Of a DNA stretch of 64,000 nucleotides, positions 46,236 through 55,798 are shown in pieces (positions within the stretch are counted from its first letter, which is position 1; the number at the start of each line of letters is the position of its first letter). Origin of the DNA: Deltaproteobacteria bacterium (GTDB lineage Bacteria > Desulfobacterota > Syntrophobacteria > BM002). A program made the position numbers and the translations under genes. The notes below the pieces were generated by a model. The model saw only the letters and a list, made by a program, of their open reading frames with translations. It did not search any database and was not told the origin of the DNA. The stretch is taken from NCBI GenBank assembly GCA_037384945.1, contig JARRNM010000024.1, positions 5,297 through 69,296 of the forward strand, written 5' to 3'.

Positions 46236-46833
46236 CCTTTTCCTTGTTCAAGATCGGGCAGATGTTGGACAGCAAGATCTTGCTTCCCAGGCGGCGGAAA
46301 TCACGCTCAATTCTCAAATCTTTTACTGCCTGTTTCTCTCTGTTGATTTTCTCTAGTACTAGGTAAGAGTCCTGGGATAGCAAAATCGCCCTCATTCACC
46401 TCGAAGATTAATTGGTTTTCCGTGTCCACAGGTAAAAGCTGCAAGATACGGTAAAAAGCCGTATTTGCCCCTCTAATCCGCAGATTGCCATCGAGGATGC
46501 AATGATCTTCCGCAGGTTCTCCAACAGAACCTCAGCTGAAGAAAAGTTTTGCATAAATTCCATGGGTTTTTTCGCCACAAGCTGGAGTTATGGCAGTAAT
46601 TGGAACCGTTCTTGTCAGCCGATCCGTGAGGCTTCAATGTTAGCGAAAGGTTGGAGATTGGTCAAGAAAGTTAGAGGTATCCACCCGGGCACAAGAGTCA
46701 ATCCGTGTGATTTACAGCAGTTCCCCCTGGTCTGTACAGGCTATGCCCCATTGATTAAAGGAAGTCTTTTGCTTACGCTATTGTAAACCTACGGGCCGCA
46801 GGCCCTCGGGGCAGGAGGCAGGGCCTGGATTCT

Positions 46834-49029
46834 TTGCTTGACTCCTTTGGAGACAGGTTGGTGAAAAGAGCTAATGACAACGGGATTCTCGTTGCGGGGA
46901 GGAACTGTTGGCGGATTGCTCCAGCGAATAGGGTGGCGTTTCTCATTGATGCTGCCTCATATTTTGCTGCTTTTATGTCAACAGTAGAACGAGCCAAAAA
47001 CTCCGTTCTTGTCGTGGGCTGGGATTTTGACAGCCGCATAAAGCTGAGGCACGATGAAAAACATCAGGATCGTTCAGGGGAATTGCTCCCCTTTCTCAAG
47101 GAAAAGATTTCCCGGAGAAAAGATCTAAATATTCACATCCTGGTGTGGGACTTCGCCATGATTTACGCCCTGGAAAGGGAGCTTTTTCCAGTAATAAAGT
47201 TAGACTGGCGAGTCCCAAGACGGTTGCATTTCCGTTTAGACGGAAATCATCCCATTGGTGCATCCCATCACCAGAAGATTGTCGTGGTGGATGATGCACT
47301 GGCCTTTGTTGGCGGGATCGATCTGGCAAAGTTCAGGTGGGACACTCCCAAGCACAGAGCGAAGGACCCCCGGCGGGTGGACCCCATGAGGAGGAGTTAT
47401 CCTCCCAGACATGAAGTGCAAATGGCGGTGGATGGCCTGGCAGCCGCTGCACTTGGTGACCTGGTGCGTGAAAGATGGTACCGCGCCACCGGTCGTCGAC
47501 TAGCGGTCCCCCAAAAAGAGCAAGAGGATCCGTGGCCACCAGACCTGCCAGTGGATATGGAAAATGTAAGGGTTGGAATTGCGCGCACAGAGGCAGCTCA
47601 CCAAGGAAGAGAAGAGATACGTGAGGTGGAAAACCTCTACTGCGAGGCAATTGCTGCAGCTCGTCGGTATATCTATATTGAAAACCAATATTTCACCTCA
47701 GTGAAAATTGGTAATGCTCTCGCCGCCCGGCTGCAAGAAAAAAACGGTCCTGAAGTGGTTCTGGTTCTGCCACGGCGCTGCCCCGGCTGGCTTGAAGAAT
47801 CCACCATGGGAGCGCTTCGTTCCCGACTTTTAAAACGGCTAAGGAAGCGCGACCCCCATGGGCGGCTACGGGTGTGTTATCCAACTGTGCCGGGACTCGA
47901 AGAAGAGCATATCATCGTTCATGCCAAACTCATGGTGGTGGATGACAGGCTGGTGCGTATCGGCTCGGCGAACATAAGCAATCGTTCCATGTGGTTGGAT
48001 TCTGAATGTGATCTTGCCATAGAGGCTTTGGAGGATGGTCGCACTGAAAAAGCCATTTCCAACTTTCGCAATCGACTTCTTGCCGAACACCTAGGAGTAT
48101 CAGCGGATGCTGTGGCTCATAGCCTGTCTGCCAGACCATCGCTTATAGGAGTGGTGGACAAGCTGGGCGGCTCGCAACGAACCTTGCTTCCCTTTGAAGT
48201 GGAAGAATCCGAGTGGAATGAAAAGGTGCTCCCTGCCAGCGCTGTATTCGATCCCGAACGTCCCATGGCTCCAGAAAAATTGCTCGAGGAGTTCATTCCC
48301 CAGGAGGTTCGCCAGTCGGGTAAGAGACGTCTTCTGCGGCTGGGACTCATCTTATTGGTGCTTCTGGGGTTCGCGGCCGCCTGGCGCTGGACACCACTGG
48401 GAGAGTGGCTCACCATAGAGAGAATTGCCGGGTGGATAGAGCACCTCCGCGGTAGTCCCGCGGCGCCTTTTATAATACTGGGAGGCTATATTGTCGGTAG
48501 CCTGATTCTGGTTCCCGTGGTTCTGATGATTCTGGCAACCGCTTTTGCCTTCGGGCCGCTAACTGGATCTGTCTATTCCCTGGTAGGATGTCTCCTGGCT
48601 GCGGTGCTCACCTATGCTCTGGGACGTATCCTTGGCCGAGACACAGTTCGCCGCTTGGGCGGCTCGCGGTTGAACCGGGTTAGCCGACTGCTTGCCGCTC
48701 ATGGCTTGGCCACCATGTTTACCGTGCGACTGTTACCAATAGCTCCCTACACAGTGGTGAACATCGTGGCCGGAGCTTCGCACATTCGTTTGCGGGATTT
48801 TGTTCTTGGAACCATTCTGGGAATGACACCGGGCATTGTCGCCATAAGCTTTTTCGAACACCAATTGCAGGTGGCTATTCGAGAGCCGGGAGCAAAAAGC
48901 TTCGCCTTCCTGGCTGTCCTGGTGGGTGCAATTGTCATTTTTGGCCTAGTGGCAAAAATGCGAGTCAGTGACAATAAGAGGTCAAAAAGGGATCCAACCC
49001 GAGTTGGCGAGAAAAATGCTCAAACTTGA
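46834..49029 (+). CDS. phospholipase D / cardiolipin synthase-like protein fused to a DedA/TVP38 membrane domain
   Basis: Two HKD motifs (HHQKIVVVDD...GGIDL and HAKLMVVDD...GSANISNRS), then ~230 aa of TVP38/DedA-like TM segments. The start is uncertain (TTG 46834 or GTG 46861). Confidence 0.85.
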   Translation: MLDSFGDRLVKRANDNGILVAGRNCWRIAPANRVAFLIDAASYFAAFMSTVERAKNSVLVVGWDFDSRIKLRHDEKHQDRSGELLPFLKEKISRRKDLNIHILVWDFAMIYALERELFPVIKLDWRVPRRLHFRLDGNHPIGASHHQKIVVVDDALAFVGGIDLAKFRWDTPKHRAKDPRRVDPMRRSYPPRHEVQMAVDGLAAAALGDLVRERWYRATGRRLAVPQKEQEDPWPPDLPVDMENVRVGIARTEAAHQGREEIREVENLYCEAIAAARRYIYIENQYFTSVKIGNALAARLQEKNGPEVVLVLPRRCPGWLEESTMGALRSRLLKRLRKRDPHGRLRVCYPTVPGLEEEHIIVHAKLMVVDDRLVRIGSANISNRSMWLDSECDLAIEALEDGRTEKAISNFRNRLLAEHLGVSADAVAHSLSARPSLIGVVDKLGGSQRTLLPFEVEESEWNEKVLPASAVFDPERPMAPEKLLEEFIPQEVRQSGKRRLLRLGLILLVLLGFAAAWRWTPLGEWLTIERIAGWIEHLRGSPAAPFIILGGYIVGSLILVPVVLMILATAFAFGPLTGSVYSLVGCLLAAVLTYALGRILGRDTVRRLGGSRLNRVSRLLAAHGLATMFTVRLLPIAPYTVVNIVAGASHIRLRDFVLGTILGMTPGIVAISFFEHQLQVAIREPGAKSFAFLAVLVGAIVIFGLVAKMRVSDNKRSKRDPTRVGEKNAQT

Positions 49030-49759
49030 TCACTACAGGGTGGCTGCACAAGAGGAGGTTCATCGTTTCTCTGCGGTTTCTTACAATATTCATCAATGCC
49101 TCGGTAGGGACGGTCGGCGTGATCCCGGACGAATTTCCCGGGTAATCCGCGAGCTTGACGCTCAGGTAATAGGGCTGCAAGAGGTCAACTCCAAGTCCGG
49201 CGGTAGACGAGAAGAGGCGCAGATGGACTATCTGGCTCAGGCCACGGGACTGAGAGCTGTGCCGGGCCCTACTGTACGGCGAGGGGATAGTCAATACGGC
49301 AACGTCCTTCTCACTCGCTACCCCGTCGCTGAGATTCGCCTTGTGGATCTGAGTGTCCCCGGCCGGGAGCCCCGCGGTGCCATTGATGCAAGGCTCGACA
49401 TCCAAGGTCGAGCTGTCCGTGTCATCGTAACCCACCTCGGGCTTACTGCATCTGAGCGGCGCAATCAAGTGGAATGTCTGAAGCACATCCTTCACGAGGA
49501 AAAGGATCAACCGCTGATTCTGCTCGGTGACACTAACGAGTGGTTCCCCCTGAGCAGCGCTATGCGCACCGTCCACCGATGTTTGGGAAAGACACCGGCA
49601 AAGCCAACCTTTCCCGCCTGGTTTCCTTTGCTACCCCTTGATCGAATCTGGGTCCGACCAAAGGGAGCACTGGAGGCGGTGCGGGTTTACAAGAGCCCAT
49701 TGGCCAAAGTCGCCTCTGATCACCTGCCGCTGAAAGTCAGTGTCGTCTTGGGTCATTAA
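49016..49759 (+). CDS. endonuclease/exonuclease/phosphatase (EEP) family protein
   Basis: SYNIHQCLG ... VIGLQEV ... LLGDTNEW ... SDHLPL. Overlaps the end of the PLD gene. Confidence 0.8.
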   Translation: MLKLDHYRVAAQEEVHRFSAVSYNIHQCLGRDGRRDPGRISRVIRELDAQVIGLQEVNSKSGGRREEAQMDYLAQATGLRAVPGPTVRRGDSQYGNVLLTRYPVAEIRLVDLSVPGREPRGAIDARLDIQGRAVRVIVTHLGLTASERRNQVECLKHILHEEKDQPLILLGDTNEWFPLSSAMRTVHRCLGKTPAKPTFPAWFPLLPLDRIWVRPKGALEAVRVYKSPLAKVASDHLPLKVSVVLGH

Positions 49760-49916
49760 AACGGCGATTACACCAAATGCTGCGGTTGTATCGAGTCACT
49801 AACCAGCTAAAATACAGCCTTTACCGGATTCGTGCTTTTGAACTCGCTCTTTATAATAAAAGTGTGGCGGTGGAGGTGGCAAAGGGCTAAAAAAGTACAG
49901 AATCTGGCTGAACTTT

Positions 49917-50231
49917 TTGAAGTCCGAGGAAAGCATAAGAGGGATGATAACCAAAGAGGAATACCAGGACAAGGTTGAAGCAGAAATTAGAGAGTGGAGT
50001 TCGAGGATCTACATCTTAAAGGTTGAAGTTGAGCGGCAGCAAGGGAAAGAAAAGCCAGAGCACAGAAGACGAATCGTGGAAATCCTCGACCAGATAGCAG
50101 AGTTAGAGGAGATGATCGAGGAACTGAAGAAGGCAACTGGTAAAAAGTGGATAGAGGTCAAGGATAGGGTGCAGGAGGCGCAGGCGGACCTGGAAGACTC
50201 GTTCAAGACAAGCATGCTGGAAATTATCTGA
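49917..50231 (+). CDS. small coiled-coil protein (paralog family)
   Basis: EEYQDKVEAEIREWSSRIYILK resembles ORF 15365. The start is either TTG 49917 or ATG 49944. Confidence 0.55.
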   Translation: MKSEESIRGMITKEEYQDKVEAEIREWSSRIYILKVEVERQQGKEKPEHRRRIVEILDQIAELEEMIEELKKATGKKWIEVKDRVQEAQADLEDSFKTSMLEII

Positions 50232-50239
50232 TAAGAATA

Positions 50240-50384
50240 GCGGATTTCGCCATTGGTTATCGGGTTCTATGGAGTTTCTCAGTAAATTTTCATTCCGCAG
50301 TATGTATGCCGCGATCGGCAAGCGTCGATCTGGGGGCACGCCCATCTTCATGGTCTCGCGACAGTAATTCACGAAATATCCGGG
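50240..50384 (+). repeat. copy B (degenerate) of the ~180-nt structured element
   Basis: The 3' part CACGCCCATCTTCATGGTCTCGCGACAGTAATTCACGAAATATCCGG matches copy A. The 5' arm GCGGATTTCGCCATT pairs only partially. Confidence 0.55.
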
Positions 50385-50433
50385 CTAAATGAACAATACC
50401 TTCGCACCTTGTTGGCGCCAAGGAGATTATCAC

Positions 50434-51567
50434 ATGACTAATAAACTAGAGAAGGTTGAAAAGATTGAGACCCCGGTGAAGCAAGGGAAAGAGGCCGAAT
50501 TAGCCGAGGTCCTCGAGGCCCATCATGGGGAACGCCACATTCTCGTGCTCCACGACTACCCTGATCCGGACGCCATTTCATCAGCCTTCGCCCATCAACT
50601 TATCTGTGGTCGCTATGATATTGAAAGTGATATCGTCTATGGTGGCAAGATCAGCCACCAGCAAAACAGGGCTCTGGTGAAGTTGCTGGGTATAGATCTA
50701 CACCGGTACCAAGAAGCGCTGAAGCTGGAAAGCTACGATGGAGCCGTTTTCGTGGACAATCAGGGGACTACTGCCGGGCGAATTATGGGAGCCTTGGACA
50801 AGGCTGGTGTGTCCCAGCTAATAGTGGTTGACCACCATGAATCACAGGAACTGCTTCAACCGGAGTTCGCTGACATCAGGAGAACCTACGGGGCCGCTGC
50901 TACCATATACGCTGAGTACTTGGAGCGCGGCTTGATTGAGATGGATAAGGGGAACAGAAATCATGTCATGCTTGCCACGGCTCTAACACATGGCATCCTT
51001 ACGGATACTGGCGGCTTTATCCGAGCTGATAGGGAGGATTTCCACGCTGCCGCCTTTTTGAGCTACTTTAAAGATGCGGACCTGCTGGAGCAGGTTATGA
51101 TTCAGGCTCGCTCAAGGCAAACCATGGAAATCATTCAGCGGGCCTTAGAAAACCGCCAGACTGCGGAAAACTTATCCCTGGCAGGGATCGGCTATTTGCG
51201 GGCTGAAGATCGCGATGCCATCCCTCAAGCGGCAGACTTCCTGTTAACCGAGGAAAACGTGCACACGGCTATAGTTTACGGCATTGTGACCGGCGAAGAT
51301 TGGGGGGAAACTTTGGTGGGCTCTATGCGAACCTCGAAAATTACCATGGATCCCGATGAGTTCATTAAAGAGGTCTTCGGCAAGGATGCCGCTGGACACT
51401 ACTTCGGTGGAGGCAAACTGTCAGCCGGAGGGTTCGAAATACCCATAGGGTTTCTGGCAGGAGGACATAACGACGATTATGAGGAGCTTAAGTGGCAGGC
51501 ATATGATGCCCAAATCAAGCAAAGGGTTTTCGCCAGGATTGGTATTGACCGAAACTCCGATGGGTAA
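50434..51567 (+). CDS. DHH-family phosphoesterase (NrnA-like)
   Basis: HDYPDPDAISSA, VVDHH, and DHHA1-like GGGKLSAGGF. ATG lies 8 nt after AGGAG. Confidence 0.8.
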   Translation: MTNKLEKVEKIETPVKQGKEAELAEVLEAHHGERHILVLHDYPDPDAISSAFAHQLICGRYDIESDIVYGGKISHQQNRALVKLLGIDLHRYQEALKLESYDGAVFVDNQGTTAGRIMGALDKAGVSQLIVVDHHESQELLQPEFADIRRTYGAAATIYAEYLERGLIEMDKGNRNHVMLATALTHGILTDTGGFIRADREDFHAAAFLSYFKDADLLEQVMIQARSRQTMEIIQRALENRQTAENLSLAGIGYLRAEDRDAIPQAADFLLTEENVHTAIVYGIVTGEDWGETLVGSMRTSKITMDPDEFIKEVFGKDAAGHYFGGGKLSAGGFEIPIGFLAGGHNDDYEELKWQAYDAQIKQRVFARIGIDRNSDG

Positions 51568-51791
51568 AAGGAGCATTGGTCATCACGAGCAAATTCTTTC
51601 TGCCTTTCTCTACGCTCCTGCGGTTCACCCCTTGATAAGTTGCTGGACTTGGACTACGATAGGACTCCGGATTCTGTGCAGCTGAATCCCACGAGGAGAA
51701 CTTGTTACAGTGGATATCGACTGCAGTTCAATTGAAGCCCATAAGGTTAATCTCTGCCTTTAGGAAGCCATGAGAGGAGGATAAGCCTCCG

Positions 51792-52430
51792 GTGCGGGTT
51801 TTCCAATTTTGTTCCAGTGCATCCTTAGAAAAACTCACTGGCCGTAAAGCAAACAATCTCGATGAACTACTCGAGCTGGTGAAGACCTGCTCGAGTTCGT
51901 CCATTTTCTACCACACTTTTTCCGCATTTAGAAAATTGAGAGAGGTCCAAACACCCTACACCAATGATTTCGCTGTGTGGATTGCGAGTCATCTGAAGGA
52001 AGAGGCCTTGGCGGAAAAACTATTGGCCATCGATCTGGCTGAATACAATACTATCGAAAACTTGCGGGCACGGATCGTCGAGCTTTTAGAAGTTACCCGA
52101 GGCGAGAATCCCTCATTATTTGAGAGGCCGGCAGCCGAGCCATTTTATCTCTACAGTTTGCTCAGATTCGTGTACCTCACTGACAAATTCGCTTATAATC
52201 TCTCATCTTTTAGAGAGTTGCTCGACACTATCAGTGTAGACTCTATCTATTATCACTTTATTGAGAGCAGATTGCAGACTCAACTTCATACGGATGACTT
52301 TTCCAGGTGGATGCAAGAAACCCTAGAATATAAAGAACTGGCAGAAAGAATTGGAAATATTGATATCAACATTTATACTCTAGAAGAATTGCGAGCGAGA
52401 ATCGGAGAGATAATTGACGAGTACTTGTGA
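51792..52430 (+). CDS. hypothetical protein upstream of treT (possibly DUF5752-like)
   Basis: 212-aa ORF with an internal two-fold repeat (…LAEYNTIENLRARIVELLE / …NIYTLEELRARIGEIIDE). The family assignment is from memory only. Confidence 0.45.
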   Translation: MRVFQFCSSASLEKLTGRKANNLDELLELVKTCSSSSIFYHTFSAFRKLREVQTPYTNDFAVWIASHLKEEALAEKLLAIDLAEYNTIENLRARIVELLEVTRGENPSLFERPAAEPFYLYSLLRFVYLTDKFAYNLSSFRELLDTISVDSIYYHFIESRLQTQLHTDDFSRWMQETLEYKELAERIGNIDINIYTLEELRARIGEIIDEYL

Positions 52431-52519
52431 TACCTGATTGGTCATTATGTCTTAAGATAAGATTCTGCAACAGTCTGATAACAAAGGCACGGTGCCTGTA
52501 AACCATCCTTAGGTCAAAG

Positions 52520-53752
52520 ATGAGCATACCCAAACTGTCAGACTATAAAGAGGTGGTTGGGAGAGATGTTGTCGGGGAGCTTTATACACTTGCTTCGCAC
52601 GTGGGAAACCGCTCTATCAAGATGGTCAATTCCACCGCTGTGGGCGGAGGGGTGGCTGAGATGCTCCATCGAGTGGTGCCGCTACTAAACGAATTGGGAA
52701 TAGAGACTAAATGGGAAGTGATCAAAGGCGGCGCCGATTTCTTTGACATCACTAAAGCATTTCACAATGCCTTGCAAGGAAAAGAAGGCCACTTCGAGGA
52801 AGGTGTCTTCGAAACGTATCTGGCCTATAATGAGATGAACTATCGGCAGATGAGCTTTGAAGAAGACCTCATTGTTATCCACGATCCGCAACCGGCCTCT
52901 TTAATAAAATGGCAGAATAAGAGAAAAAACAAATGGGTGTGGCGCTGTCACATTGATATGTCCCACCCGAACCGGCAAGTGTGGGATTTTCTCAGATCTT
53001 ATGTTGAGCTCTACGATGCGGCTATCTTTTCCTCGCCTCTTTTTTCACCACAGCTGAATATCCCCCAATATCGTTTCTATCCGGCAATTGACCCACTGGC
53101 AGACAAGAACAGAGAACTGGACGATGACTATGTCAACAGTGTAATGGAAAAGTATGAAATTCCCCGAGACAAGCCCATTGTTACGCAGATCTCGCGCTAC
53201 GACCCGTGGAAAGATCCGGTGGGTGTCATAGAGGCTTTCAAAATGGCGCGAAGACATGTGGACTGCCGGTTGTTACTGGTGGGTGACAAGGCCGCGGATG
53301 ATCCAGAGGCTGAAGAGATTCTCACCCAGGTAAAGGAGGCGGCGGGGGAGGATCCCGATATCAAAATTATCTTTCTCACTCACTCCATCCCCACCGAGAT
53401 CAATTCCTTTCAGCGTGCTTCGGACATAGTTTTACAGAAGTCCATCCGGGAAGGATTCGCCTTGACGGTGTCAGAGGCGCTGTGGAAATATCGCCCGGTG
53501 ATCGGGGGAGCCGTAGGGGGAATTCCTGCCCAGATCATCCATGGCTACACCGGCATGTTGGTCCATTCGGCCGAGGGTGCCAGCTTACAGATTCGTTCGC
53601 TGTTACAGCAACCGGAGCTAGCCAAGAGACTTGGGGAGAGCGGACATCAGCGGGTCAAAGACGAATTTCTCATCACCAAGTTGTTAAAACGATATCTTCT
53701 TCTTTTGCTGGCTCTAGACCATCCGGGAGAGACGACCGTCCTACTGGATTAG
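52520..53752 (+). CDS. treT: trehalose glycosyltransferring synthase (GT4)
   Basis: Long collinear similarity to archaeal TreT as I recall it: NSTAVGGGVAEMLH, FHNALQG, VIHDPQPA, WRCHID, QISRYDPWKD, FQRASDIVLQKSIREGF. Confidence 0.9.
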   Translation: MSIPKLSDYKEVVGRDVVGELYTLASHVGNRSIKMVNSTAVGGGVAEMLHRVVPLLNELGIETKWEVIKGGADFFDITKAFHNALQGKEGHFEEGVFETYLAYNEMNYRQMSFEEDLIVIHDPQPASLIKWQNKRKNKWVWRCHIDMSHPNRQVWDFLRSYVELYDAAIFSSPLFSPQLNIPQYRFYPAIDPLADKNRELDDDYVNSVMEKYEIPRDKPIVTQISRYDPWKDPVGVIEAFKMARRHVDCRLLLVGDKAADDPEAEEILTQVKEAAGEDPDIKIIFLTHSIPTEINSFQRASDIVLQKSIREGFALTVSEALWKYRPVIGGAVGGIPAQIIHGYTGMLVHSAEGASLQIRSLLQQPELAKRLGESGHQRVKDEFLITKLLKRYLLLLLALDHPGETTVLLD

Positions 53753-53837
53753 CCCAGGTAGTTGAGGACTTGCTTACTCACATCTTCTTCTAGAAAAAGC
53801 CTTGGAAGCACTCCCGTTTGCTTAGTAGTTTCAAAAC

Positions 53838-53870
53838 CCACCTGCTATGCAGGTGGTATAGTTTAGCTTT
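53838..53870 (+). terminator. terminator-like hairpin after treT
   Basis: CCACCTGC-TAT-GCAGGTGG followed by the T-rich TATAGTTTAGCTTTGCTT. Confidence 0.45.
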
Positions 53871-53923
53871 GCTTGTCAATTGATAATATCTGCATGGGTT
53901 TGAGGAATGACCAGCTGAGACAT

Positions 53924-54073
53924 AAATCCCCCTTTAGAGGCTGTCCGACAACGTCATTCTGAGGCGTGAGCCGAAGAATCTCGAAGGCGTAAGTACCTGA
54001 ATCGATGAGATTCGCTCAGAATGACAGCAGGAGGCGTTGAGTGAGTTGTCGGACAGCCTCTTTAGGGGGATTT
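53924..54073. repeat. 150-bp nested palindrome
   Basis: Outer arms AAATCCCCCTTTAGAGGCTGTCCGACAAC / GTTGTCGGACAGCCTCTTTAGGGGGATTT. Inner arms GTCATTCTGAGG / GCTCAGAATGAC. Confidence 0.85.
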
Positions 54074-54134
54074 TATAAGATAATTTGGTGGGTATTGAGA
54101 CCCGTGCTCCGTTGGCCTCCTAGACCATTTATCA

Positions 54135-54228
54135 TAGAGTTTTAGTCTTTACCCTATGCTCCATGCCCTATGTCATTTACACAACGGACAACTGACGACT
54201 GACAGCGAAGCGCTAGGGGGGTGGCGCG
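54135..54228. repeat. intergenic word-chain repeat region
   Basis: CCCTATGCTCCATGCCCTATG, ACAACGGACAACTGACGACTGACAGCGAAGCG. Confidence 0.8.
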
Positions 54229-54260
54229 TCTTGACCTGACGATGCCCTACATTCTGTGTT

Positions 54261-55523
54261 TTACTGATTCGTAGAACCTTCGAGAGTGCGTACTCTTACT
54301 TCCACTTTTTCGCGGAGTTGGGGATAGGCTGACGGGTTGGCGGCTAAAAACTGGCGGTAGTGGGTGAGAGCCTCTTCCTGTTGTCCCTGCTCTTCCAGCA
54401 TCCGGGCAAGATTGTAATGGGCTTCGGGGTTCTCCGGGTCATTTATCAGTACTCGCTCAAGTGTGCGGCGAGCCAGTTCTCCTCGACGAAGCCGTTCATA
54501 GACCAAAGCCAGGTTGACCTCGCTTTGGCTGTTGCCAGGATTCAACTGCAAGGCCTGCTCATAAGCGGCACGAGCTTTGACGAAATCCCTCAACCTGTAA
54601 TAGATGATGCCTAAATTGTTATAACTAGGATAGAAGCGAGGGTTTATACTGATGGCCTTCTCGTAATACTTAGCAGCCATTTTCAGCTGGCCCTCCTTTT
54701 CGTAACAAACACCGATATTATTGTAAATTTCGGCGCTCATGGGGTCGTATTTGAGCACTTTGTTGTAGGTTTCGATTGCCTTTTGCCACTTCATAGTTTT
54801 TTGATACCCCACCGCCTTTCGATACAAGGAAGAGGCGCCGGCCGTGGATTCCGCATAGAGATTGACCTGACCGCTCTTCCTGCTTCTGCCGGAGTTTGGC
54901 TGTGCTCCTTCACTAATCGTGATTGTTTTTAGCTTTTTGGTTGACTCCGGGGCGGCGAGGTGCTCAGGCTTGCTTTCCTCTGCTCTGTGGACCTTAGGCT
55001 GGCCCATCTTCTCTGGACGAAGAGGTTCTTTCTCACCTTTAACCTGTGCGGCCGAGTGTAGGCTAACCACGCCTACTTTTACCTTGTTGCGGGGCTGCAA
55101 TGGGGTCCGTTTGTTCACCGCTTCTTCTGGGGAAACCGCTTGTTCCTCAATAGCAACCTGAACAACTTTCGGCTTCACCGGGGTCCGCTCATCCTCCTTT
55201 GGCTCTTGTGCCTGCTGGAGCTCTGCGCCAGCATCACTCTTTGACAGCTCCCGTGGAGGGTGGATCTTCTCGAAAATAACCCGCTGTGGGACTGGGGTCT
55301 GAGCCTCCTCAGCCGCGTTCTTCCCACCTTTACTCAGAATCATCCCGTAAACAACTACACCGATGACGATGCCGGCAAGCAGCGCAATTAAAGCTAAAAG
55401 CATTAGAAGCCGCTTCTTATTCGCAGGCCTCTGACCAGCGAGTCTACGGGGGATCACCGGTGGTTGTTTGTGCCCTGCCCGCTGATCAGCCACTCTTTTC
55501 AGAGATTCGGAAATAAGGCTCAC
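54261..55523 (-). CDS. TPR-repeat protein with N-terminal membrane anchor (pilus cluster)
   Basis: A TM segment (LLMLLALIALLAGIVIGVVVYG), a Pro/Lys/Glu-rich linker, and ~6 TPR units (AIETYNKVLKYDP..., AAKYYEKAISINP...). GTG start. Confidence 0.8.
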   Translation of the reverse strand: MSLISESLKRVADQRAGHKQPPVIPRRLAGQRPANKKRLLMLLALIALLAGIVIGVVVYGMILSKGGKNAAEEAQTPVPQRVIFEKIHPPRELSKSDAGAELQQAQEPKEDERTPVKPKVVQVAIEEQAVSPEEAVNKRTPLQPRNKVKVGVVSLHSAAQVKGEKEPLRPEKMGQPKVHRAEESKPEHLAAPESTKKLKTITISEGAQPNSGRSRKSGQVNLYAESTAGASSLYRKAVGYQKTMKWQKAIETYNKVLKYDPMSAEIYNNIGVCYEKEGQLKMAAKYYEKAISINPRFYPSYNNLGIIYYRLRDFVKARAAYEQALQLNPGNSQSEVNLALVYERLRRGELARRTLERVLINDPENPEAHYNLARMLEEQGQQEEALTHYRQFLAANPSAYPQLREKVEVRVRTLEGSTNQ

Positions 55524-55798
55524 GCCTAACCTCCTTCAGAGGAAGCCGTTCAATCGTTCGGTTTCGGCGAACTCGTTCTAACCGTTCAAATGATTGAAAT
55601 CGTTAAAAATAAAGTAGCCAGTAGCCAGCAGTCAGTAGGTAAGAAAAAAGACTCTTGCCTCCATCTTCTGGATTCTGAATTCTCTGCGTTTTCCTAAATT
55701 CGAAATTCTAAGTCCGAAATTCAAAATTGTTTTCTGTCTTCTGTCCTCAGTCGTCTGTCCTCCGACCTCTGACTTCCGTTATCCCTGGTCTCCGTGGT
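55524..55798. repeat. intergenic word-chain repeat region inside pilus cluster
   Basis: CGTTCAA/CGTTGAA words, GTAGCCAGTAGCCAGCAGTCAGTAGG, TCTGGATTCTGAATTCTC, CGAAATTC words, TGTCCTC words and CCGACCTCTGAC. Confidence 0.85.

Noticed and set aside
46236-46560. A possible degraded GAF-like remnant on the minus strand upstream of the hybrid kinase. The fragments are MEFMQNFSSAEVLLENLRKIIASSMAICGLEGQIRLF... and ...RRLGSKILLSNICPILNKEKVV.
   Set aside because: The similarity to GAF is only impressionistic, and the pieces are short and in different frames. It needs an HMM search before any claim.
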